Source: Pseudolabrys sp. (GTDB lineage: Bacteria > Pseudomonadota > Alphaproteobacteria > Rhizobiales > Xanthobacteraceae). From it: a stretch of DNA of 64,000 bases. The notes beneath the pieces were generated by a model, which had not been told where the DNA came from, searched no databases, and worked only from the letters and a program-made list of their open reading frames with translations. Below are positions 57,572-64,000 of this stretch, piece after piece. Both the position numbers and the translations under genes were made by a program. The DNA lies in assembly GCA_035571935.1 (NCBI GenBank), contig DATNBL010000015.1:4771-68770 (forward strand). Reading direction: 5' to 3'. Numbering within the stretch: position 1 is the first letter of the stretch; each line of letters opens with the position of its first letter.

Positions 57572-58381
57572 TCAGGCGGCGGCCTGCGCCGGCAGCGCGG
57601 GCCGCGCCGCGCGCCGGGCCGCCTCACCACGGCCGGCGGTCTGCCATACCAACGTCCGCCGCTCGATATAGCGCACCGCGATGTCGTACACGACCGACAG
57701 CGCCAGGATGACGATGATCGCCGCGAAAACGCGCGGGCTATCGAGCGTGGTGCGGTTCTTGGTGACAAGGTAGCCGATGCCGTTCGCCGAGGTCAGCATC
57801 TCCGAGACGACGACGCCGATGATGGTCAGCGCGCCGCCGAGGCGCAGGCCGGCAAGCACGGTCGGGATCGAGGCCGGGATGACGACGCGGGCGATGAGCT
57901 GCGGCAGGCTCGCGCCCATGCTACGCGCAGCGAGCAGATACTGCTCGTCGATGGTGCGGATGCCGGCCGCGGTCGACAGCATCACCGGGAAGAAGCCGTA
58001 GACGCCGGCGAAAACGATCTTGGATTCCGAGCCGATGCCGAACCAGGCGGTAAACACCGGATAGAGAATGACGATCGGCACGGCGTAGAGGCTGGAGAAC
58101 ACCGGCAGCATCAGGCGGCGGACGCCCGCCACGCCACCGACGACGCTGCCGATGAGGATGCCGGCGCCGCAGGCGATCAGCATCGCGACCGCCACCTCGT
58201 AAACGGTGACGAGCAGCGCGGCGGCGTAGATTGCGCGGTCGAGCCAGAGCACGTGCAGAGTCTTGGTCAAAGGCGGGATGAATAGTTCCGGCAGGATGCC
58301 GAGCCGCGGGATCGCCTCCCACAGCACCAGGATGAGGATGCCGATCAGGCGGCGCACGGTGCGCGGAGACGGGCGGCTCAT
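57572..58381 (-). CDS. NitT/TauT ABC permease
   Basis: P...LYP....WFG.G..SK, AARSMGAS EAA loop, GLRL, VVSEM. Confidence 0.92.
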   Translation of the reverse strand: MSRPSPRTVRRLIGILILVLWEAIPRLGILPELFIPPLTKTLHVLWLDRAIYAAALLVTVYEVAVAMLIACGAGILIGSVVGGVAGVRRLMLPVFSSLYAVPIVILYPVFTAWFGIGSESKIVFAGVYGFFPVMLSTAAGIRTIDEQYLLAARSMGASLPQLIARVVIPASIPTVLAGLRLGGALTIIGVVVSEMLTSANGIGYLVTKNRTTLDSPRVFAAIIVILALSVVYDIAVRYIERRTLVWQTAGRGEAARRAARPALPAQAAA

Positions 58382-59181
58382 GGTGCAGTCCTGATCTGGC
58401 CCCAGATGCGCTCGCGCAAGGCGCCGAACGCCTCGGTTGCCATCATCTGGTAGGTGCGCGGCCGCGGCAGGTCGACCGTGATGCGGTCGAGAATGCGGCC
58501 GGGCCGGGCCGACATCACCAGCACCTCGTCGGCAAGGTAGACCGCTTCCGTCAGGCTGTGGGTGATGAACACCACGGTCTTGGAGGTCTCGCCCCAGATG
58601 CGCAGCAATTCGTGGCCCATGGTCATCCGCGTTTGCTCGTCGAGCGCGGCGAAAGGTTCATCCATCAAGAGCACCGGCGGGTCCTGCACCAGCCCGCGCG
58701 CAATCGAGACGCGCTGCTTCATGCCGCCGGACAATTCATGCGGATGGCGCGAGCCGAAGCCTTCGAGGCCGACCAGCTTGAGCATCGCCTCGGCGCGGTC
58801 GCGCCGCTCGCCGCGCGGCGCATGTTTCAGCGCCAGCGGGAATTCGACGTTTTCGACCGCCGTCAGCCAGGGATAGAGGCTCGCCTCCTGGAACACGACG
58901 CCGACACGTTCGGGGTCGGGTCTGGCGATCGGACGCCCGTCGATGAGGATCGTGCCGCTCGATTGCGCGCGCAGACCGGCCAGCATCATCAACAGCGAGG
59001 TCTTGCCGCAGCCGGACGGGCCGACGATGACGACGAAGCGGCCCGCCGGAACGGTGATATCGATACTCTCGAGCGCCGGCACGGCGCCGTCGCGCCCGGC
59101 ATAGACGTGCGAGAGGCCGCGGACCTCGACCGCCGCCTTCGCACCGGCGCGCGCGCCGCTCAAGCCCGCCACGTGCTGCAT
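58378..59181 (-). CDS. NitT/TauT ABC ATP-binding protein
   Basis: GPSGCGKT, VFQE, LSGGMKQR, LMDEPF.ALD, ITH; start uncertain. Confidence 0.94.
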   Translation of the reverse strand: MQHVAGLSGARAGAKAAVEVRGLSHVYAGRDGAVPALESIDITVPAGRFVVIVGPSGCGKTSLLMMLAGLRAQSSGTILIDGRPIARPDPERVGVVFQEASLYPWLTAVENVEFPLALKHAPRGERRDRAEAMLKLVGLEGFGSRHPHELSGGMKQRVSIARGLVQDPPVLLMDEPFAALDEQTRMTMGHELLRIWGETSKTVVFITHSLTEAVYLADEVLVMSARPGRILDRITVDLPRPRTYQMMATEAFGALRERIWGQIRTAP

Positions 59182-59912
59182 CGCGCCTCCAGGGAGCGCA
59201 CCGCCTCGTTGAAGGCCATCGCCGCCGCCGCGAGCAGGATCACGCCGGCGAGCAGCTTGGTCATCTCGAAGTTCTCGCCCCAGTCGGCGATCAGCCGGCC
59301 GATGCCGACGCGCGAGGCGTACATCTCGGCGATCATCACGCCGGTGAAGTTGAAGATCATGGATATGCGCAACGCCTCGAGCAGGATCGGCAGCATGCTC
59401 GGCAGATAGACGCGGCGCAAAATCTGCGCCTGCGTGGCGCCGTAGGAGCGCGCCACCAGAAGGTGCTCGGCCTTGACCGATTCGACTGCCGCCGCCGCGC
59501 TCATGATAACGATGAACACGGTCGAGAAGGTCGCGTAGGCGACCTTCTGCGGGAAGCCGATGCCGAACACCAGGATGAACATCGGCAGGAAGATCGATTT
59601 GGGGATGCTGAACACGTAGAACAGCATCGGCTTGAAGATATCGCCGAAATACTCGTTTTCCGCCGACAGAACGCCGAGCGCGGCGCCGAGCGGCACGGCG
59701 ATGACGAAGGCGACGACGACCTCGGCCGCCGTGACGCCGAGCGCGGTGTGCACGTCGGCGCGGCCGAGGATGTGCGCCAGCGCGGCGAGCACGTCGGAGA
59801 GCGGCGGCAGCAGCATCGCGTTGACGAGGCCGAAGCGCGGCAGCGCCTCCCACAGCAGAAGCACCGCCGCGAGCAGCGCCAGCCGAAAGAGGACGAGCGT
59901 GCCGCCGCGCAT
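59160..59912 (-). CDS. NitT/TauT ABC permease
   Basis: IPKS.FLP...L.FG.G, VARSYGAT EAA loop, IAEM. Confidence 0.92.
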   Translation of the reverse strand: MRGGTLVLFRLALLAAVLLLWEALPRFGLVNAMLLPPLSDVLAALAHILGRADVHTALGVTAAEVVVAFVIAVPLGAALGVLSAENEYFGDIFKPMLFYVFSIPKSIFLPMFILVFGIGFPQKVAYATFSTVFIVIMSAAAAVESVKAEHLLVARSYGATQAQILRRVYLPSMLPILLEALRISMIFNFTGVMIAEMYASRVGIGRLIADWGENFEMTKLLAGVILLAAAAMAFNEAVRSLEARCSTWRA

Positions 59913-59933
59913 GTCAGCCGCCCCGGCGAATCG

Positions 59934-60914
59934 TCACTTGGTCAGCACCGGCCTGAACTTGGTGGTGTAGATTTCGGAGGCCGGCGCGAGGTCCTTCATG
60001 CCGATCAGCTTGGCGAGGTCGAGCGCCCGGTCGATCCACTCCGGCTTCATCTCGCCGGTGCTGGACAGCTTGAGGATGTTGCCGTCGAGTTCCGCCTCTG
60101 CGATGTCCGGCGGAATCTCGTCGACCTCGGCGATCAGCTTGACGGCATCGGCGCGATTTGAGCGCAGCGAGGCCATAGCGCCGAACAGCGCGTTGTTGAT
60201 CTTCTGGATCATCTCCGGCTTTTCGGCGATCAACTTGTCGGAGGCGAGCCAGACGCCGCTCAAGTGCTGCGGCACTTCCTTGCCGAAGTCGACCAGCACG
60301 CGCACGCTCTTGTCCTTGAGCACTTTGAATGACAGCGGCGAGTAGAGGACGATGGCCTCGACATTGCCCGACAGCAGGTTCGGCACGAGGCCGCCGCCGC
60401 CGAGCGGCACGCTGGTGAAGTTCACCTTCTTGTCGGACGCGGTCCACTTCGCCAGCAGGTCGGACGCGGAGCCGGCCGAGGTGATGCCGACCTTCTTGCC
60501 GGCGAGTTCGGACACGCTCTTGATCGGCGAGTCGGCCTTCACCATCAGGTACCAGCCGTTGTAGCCGAGACCCGAGCCGGCGATCGCTTTCGTCTTGACG
60601 CCCTTGTTGATGCCGGCGGCGACGATGGCGCAGGAGCCGAGCGTGATGTCGGCCGCGCCCGCCGCGACGGCCTCGAACGCTTCGGCGCCGCCGCGATAGA
60701 CGGTGAGCTCGGCCTTGAGCCCCTCCTTCTCGAACAGCTTTTGCCGCACCGCGGTCTCGGCGATGATGGTCGGGAAATAGGTCTTGGTCGGCAAGGCGAT
60801 CCGTACCGTCTGCTGCGCGGCGGCCGGCGGAACAATCGCCGCACCCAACGCCGCCGCAAGCGCGAGCACTGCGAGACCGCGTGCGCGGCCGAAAAGCATG
60901 GTGATTGTGGTCAT
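59934..60914 (-). CDS. NitT/TauT ABC substrate-binding protein
   Basis: Signal peptide; LFEKEGL, GG.EA..A..AG.AD, DSPIK...L.GKKVG.TS.GS; GGGGAGG RBS. Confidence 0.92.
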   Translation of the reverse strand: MTTITMLFGRARGLAVLALAAALGAAIVPPAAAQQTVRIALPTKTYFPTIIAETAVRQKLFEKEGLKAELTVYRGGAEAFEAVAAGAADITLGSCAIVAAGINKGVKTKAIAGSGLGYNGWYLMVKADSPIKSVSELAGKKVGITSAGSASDLLAKWTASDKKVNFTSVPLGGGGLVPNLLSGNVEAIVLYSPLSFKVLKDKSVRVLVDFGKEVPQHLSGVWLASDKLIAEKPEMIQKINNALFGAMASLRSNRADAVKLIAEVDEIPPDIAEAELDGNILKLSSTGEMKPEWIDRALDLAKLIGMKDLAPASEIYTTKFRPVLTK

Positions 60915-60984
60915 CGTCGCCTCCCCTGTCGTCTTGGCCGCGTCCTGCCCTTGTGACCGGACAGTGCTTCTGAAACGGCCAGCG

Positions 60985-61060
60985 AGCATGGCAAGGGGGG
61001 ATGGGCGTGACAAGTACGGCCTGCCATACGCGCGCCGCATCGTGTGCGATGGCGATCACA
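60985..61060 (-). promoter_or_regulatory. Putative sigma70 promoter with upstream CRP/FNR-family-like box
   Basis: Minus strand TTGTCA-N17-CATGCT (61013-60985); TGTGA-TCGCCA-TCGCA at 61060-61045. Confidence 0.35.
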
Positions 61061-61120
61061 AGCGCGTGGAGGAGCCGCTGCCCAACCGTCCCACCGGCGG
61101 CGGCGCCGGAACCGGCAGCG

Positions 61121-61384
61121 TCAAACCTTGCCCTTGCCGAGGTTCTTGCGCGCGATCGCCGCCAGCAGCAGCCCGAAGCCGACGAGGCGCAGGACGTAGA
61201 CGAGCGTCTTGTCGTCCTGGAGGAAGTCGAACGACACCGACAGACTCTGCCCCGCGGCGAACAGCAAGAACGAGATGCCGAAGATCGCGAACAGGGAATC
61301 GCCGGTGCGCTTCCAGAAGCGGAAGAAGAACAGCGCCGCCACCAGGAAGCCGGCGGTGATCATCCCTGACAGGAAGGTCGCCAT
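61121..61384 (-). CDS. DUF5985-like 3-TM protein
   Basis: FL.G....GF...ALFF.RFW..T.D.LF..F, Y..RL..F.L...AI..KN. Confidence 0.8.
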   Translation of the reverse strand: MATFLSGMITAGFLVAALFFFRFWKRTGDSLFAIFGISFLLFAAGQSLSVSFDFLQDDKTLVYVLRLVGFGLLLAAIARKNLGKGKV

Positions 61385-61654
61385 TCAGTCGATCTCCCAG
61401 ATGAAGCCGTACAGCAAGGTTGCGACGGCGGTGAGCGTCGTCGCCAGCCGGAAATATTGCAGGTCGATGTTCGGCAACAGTACCAGGTCGACGACGACGA
61501 GAAAGCTGTTGATCCCGAGCAGAACGAAGCAGGCCGCGGTCCACAGCAGCAGCGCCGCCCTGGTGCGGAAATAGCTGCGCACCAGGAGCCCGCCGCAGCC
61601 GGCGCTGGTGGCGAAGCACAGAAGATAGACGACCGTTGCGATCGGGTTACTCAT
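61385..61654 (-). CDS. DUF5985-like 3-TM protein
   Basis: VY.LC..TS..C..LL.R.Y..T...LL.W...CF..L..N, DLV..P..DL...R, LLYG.IWE. Confidence 0.8.
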   Translation of the reverse strand: MSNPIATVVYLLCFATSAGCGGLLVRSYFRTRAALLLWTAACFVLLGINSFLVVVDLVLLPNIDLQYFRLATTLTAVATLLYGFIWEID

Positions 61655-62015
61655 CTTTGATCCTGAAAGCGTCCGACAGGATTTGCAGCTTGCTGCTCGG
61701 CGCGTTGACGATCTGACGCATGACCAGAGCGGGCTTGAGTGCGTAGAAGCGTTCGAGCTCGCCAATCGTCTGCTCGAGCCGTCCAGAGGCGATATAGCGG
61801 TAGCGCCCTCCGTCCTCCTCGAGGACCAGCCCGGCGGCGATCAGGTTGTTCAGGGCCTCGACGACGACGACCTGGCTCGAACGCAGCTCCTTGAGAATCT
61901 CGGACGCGCCCCAGCTGCGCTCGCGCGTACGCCGCAGCATCAGCAGGAGTTCGAGGGCCCAGACCGAACGGAACGATGCACCCGCGAATTCGAGGATTTC
62001 GTCTTCCGGGATCAT
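61647..62015 (-). CDS. Small winged-helix-like protein
   Basis: F.SVW.LE.LL.L......W....I..ELRSS...V...L..L...GLV.....RYRY; conserved-looking tail L..LSDAFRIK. Confidence 0.7.
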   Translation of the reverse strand: MIPEDEILEFAGASFRSVWALELLLMLRRTRERSWGASEILKELRSSQVVVVEALNNLIAAGLVLEEDGGRYRYIASGRLEQTIGELERFYALKPALVMRQIVNAPSSKLQILSDAFRIKDE

Positions 62016-62090
62016 TCCGCCGCAAACGAGGTCATTGCAAAAACTCCAGGTCGCAATCGCTTCGAGCGTCGGCGATTGCATCGGCTCAGA

Positions 62091-63989
62091 TCAAGCCAAT
62101 CGCAGGTTTTGCGAGGGCTCTTCGACGGCCTGGTCGACGCGCGCACGAACCGGCGCGCCGAGCATGCGCTCGAGCTCGAGTCCGACACTCTCAGGCGTGA
62201 TCGGCTTTTGCAGCACCGGCACGCGCGCAAACCGCGCGTCGAGGCTCTCGCCGCCATAGCCGGTGACGAACACGAACGGCACCTTGCGCTCGTTGAGCTG
62301 CGTCGCCAGGGGATAGACATATTCGCCGGACAGATTGAGATCGAGAAACGCACAATCGAAATCTCCCCTGGCCTCCGAAAGCGCCTCCTGAAGCGAGCAG
62401 CACGGGCCGACGACGAACATCCCGTATCCGACCAGAAGATCGCGCATCATAATGCCGATCATAGCCTCGTCTTCGACGAGCAGAACGCGCTTCATCGAGC
62501 CACTAGGGAGATGAATGAGGTTCTGATGCTGCTGTTGCGGAGACCAGGCGGGCGCCTCGCCGCCCAACGGTATCTGCAACATGCAGTGTAGGCCCGACGG
62601 CCGCCAATCCCATGCGACATTTCCGCCGACCTGACCCTTGATGCTCGCGTTGATGATCTTGGTGCCGAAGCCGTGCGCGTTCGGCGCAATCACCGCGGGG
62701 CCGCCGCTCTCCTCCCAGTACAGGGTGAGAGCACCGGCCTCGATCGACCAGCGGATCGCAAGCCGGCCATCCGGCGCCGACAGCGCGCCGTATTTGGCGG
62801 AGTTGGTGGCGAGTTCGTGCAGCACCAGCGCGAGGTTCTGCGAGCGCTCCGGCGACAACGCGATGGGACTGCCGTGGATCTGCACGCGCGCCGGATCGGA
62901 ACCCGAGTACGGCGCGACCTCTTCCATCACGAGCCGGCCGACTTCGGCCCCCTGCCAGCGGCTTTCCGACAGCAGCGTGTGCGCCTGCGCCAGCGCATGG
63001 ATGCGGCCCTCGACCGACTTGATATAGCCCTCCTTGGTCGCCGAGCGCGTCAGCCGCACGATCGCCTGCACCACCGCAAGCGCATTGCGCGCGCGGTGGT
63101 CGACCTCGCGGGCCAGAAGAAGCTGCCGCTCCTCGGCGAGCTTGCGCTCGGTGATGTCGACCGCGGTGCCGATCACGCGCACGCAGCGGCCGTTGGCATC
63201 GAACAGGCCGCGGCCCTTGGCGGCGATCCAGCGAACGACGCCGTCCTCCTTGCCGATGGCGCGGTATTCGACGTCGTACAGCGCGCGCTGGCCGGGATCG
63301 CAGGCCGCGGCGAAGGCGGCCTCGGTCACCTTCCTGTCGTCGGGATGCAGGCCGGCGTAGAAATCGGCCATGCTGACCGGCACGTCGGGAGAAATGCCGA
63401 ACATCGCCTTGACGCGCGGCGGCCAGTACAGCGCGTCGCCGACATTGTCGACGTCCCACAGGCCGATCTCGGCGGCGTCGGTGGCGAGCCGCAATTGCTG
63501 CTCGCTTTCTTGCAGACGCGCCGCGGAAGCCTCGAGCGCGGCGGTGCGCTCGGCGACGCGGTCCTCAAGCTCCCGGTTGAGCGCCTCGAGCTGCCGAGTC
63601 TTGCGATAGAGCTCGGCGAAGACGCGCACCTTGGCGCGCAGCAGTTCGGGCACGACCGGCACCGGGACATAGTCGACCGCGCCCATCTCGTAGCCGCGCA
63701 ACAGGTCAGTGTCCGAGAGGAGCACCGCCGAGATGAAGATGATCGCCGTCTTCTGGAAGCGCGGATGGTCGCGGATCATCGCCGCGAGCTCGAAGCCGTC
63801 GAGATCGGGCATGCAGACGTCGATCAGGACGACCGCCACCTCGTTCTTCAAGAGGAGTTGCAACGCTTCTGTCGCCGACGTCGCCTGGATCAGGTTCTCG
63901 TCGAGGTCGCGCAGCACGACTTCGTAGCTCAAGAGCTTCGCCGGCTGATCGTCGACGAGGAGGATGTTGACCCGTTCGTTTTCCATCAT
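62091..63989 (-). CDS. Hybrid HWE-family histidine kinase (REC-PAS-HWE_HK-REC)
   Basis: ILLVDD/LIDV.MP REC, GLWD..PAS..DITERK, EVDHRARN, LHELATNS.KYGALS, WEE.GGP, G.G, C-terminal REC (VEDE, LDLNL, TGY, KP). Confidence 0.93.
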   Translation of the reverse strand: MMENERVNILLVDDQPAKLLSYEVVLRDLDENLIQATSATEALQLLLKNEVAVVLIDVCMPDLDGFELAAMIRDHPRFQKTAIIFISAVLLSDTDLLRGYEMGAVDYVPVPVVPELLRAKVRVFAELYRKTRQLEALNRELEDRVAERTAALEASAARLQESEQQLRLATDAAEIGLWDVDNVGDALYWPPRVKAMFGISPDVPVSMADFYAGLHPDDRKVTEAAFAAACDPGQRALYDVEYRAIGKEDGVVRWIAAKGRGLFDANGRCVRVIGTAVDITERKLAEERQLLLAREVDHRARNALAVVQAIVRLTRSATKEGYIKSVEGRIHALAQAHTLLSESRWQGAEVGRLVMEEVAPYSGSDPARVQIHGSPIALSPERSQNLALVLHELATNSAKYGALSAPDGRLAIRWSIEAGALTLYWEESGGPAVIAPNAHGFGTKIINASIKGQVGGNVAWDWRPSGLHCMLQIPLGGEAPAWSPQQQHQNLIHLPSGSMKRVLLVEDEAMIGIMMRDLLVGYGMFVVGPCCSLQEALSEARGDFDCAFLDLNLSGEYVYPLATQLNERKVPFVFVTGYGGESLDARFARVPVLQKPITPESVGLELERMLGAPVRARVDQAVEEPSQNLRLA

Positions 63990-64000
63990 GGCCGCGTTAC

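Noticed and set aside
60915-61120. Possible SAM or cobalamin riboswitch upstream of the ABC-MetE-like operon
   Set aside because: No recognisable conserved riboswitch core by eye; an Infernal/Rfam scan would be needed to exclude it fully

Overview
High-GC (roughly 65-75% in core genes by spot counts) chromosomal segment of an alphaproteobacterium. Gene content and order (purEK-rpsU, coxIV-pntAAB, pepF-tacA-like activator, ldt-DUF882, gapR, DUF1244, DUF1036-pyk) suggest Hyphomicrobiales, probably a Xanthobacteraceae/Nitrobacteraceae relative; this is inference. About 65 CDS, no rRNA, tRNA, CRISPR array, transposase or integrase. Accessory blocks: (i) a low-GC pair of an orphan GltI-like binding protein and a DUF4239/bestrophin-like membrane protein; (ii) a low-GC 837-aa multi-TM patatin/cPLA2-like gene; (iii) a partial phthalate-type Rieske oxygenase / dihydrodiol dehydrogenase / MarR locus with a perfect operator palindrome; (iv) an HxlR-GST-GloB-SDR detox block with a repeated 17-bp operator; (v) an XRE-led Ehr (Ni-less Hyf-like) complex; (vi) a NitT/TauT ABC importer with a MetE-catalytic-domain enzyme and glk; (vii) an HWE hybrid kinase followed by a wHTH protein and two DUF5985-like 3-TM proteins. 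Non-coding signals: a shared ECF-type promoter (GGAACCTTTC-N11-CATCAAA) upstream of folE and a patatin gene 29 kb apart, CtrA-like boxes, and several REP-like palindromes. All family assignments come from motif recognition by eye; no database was searched.
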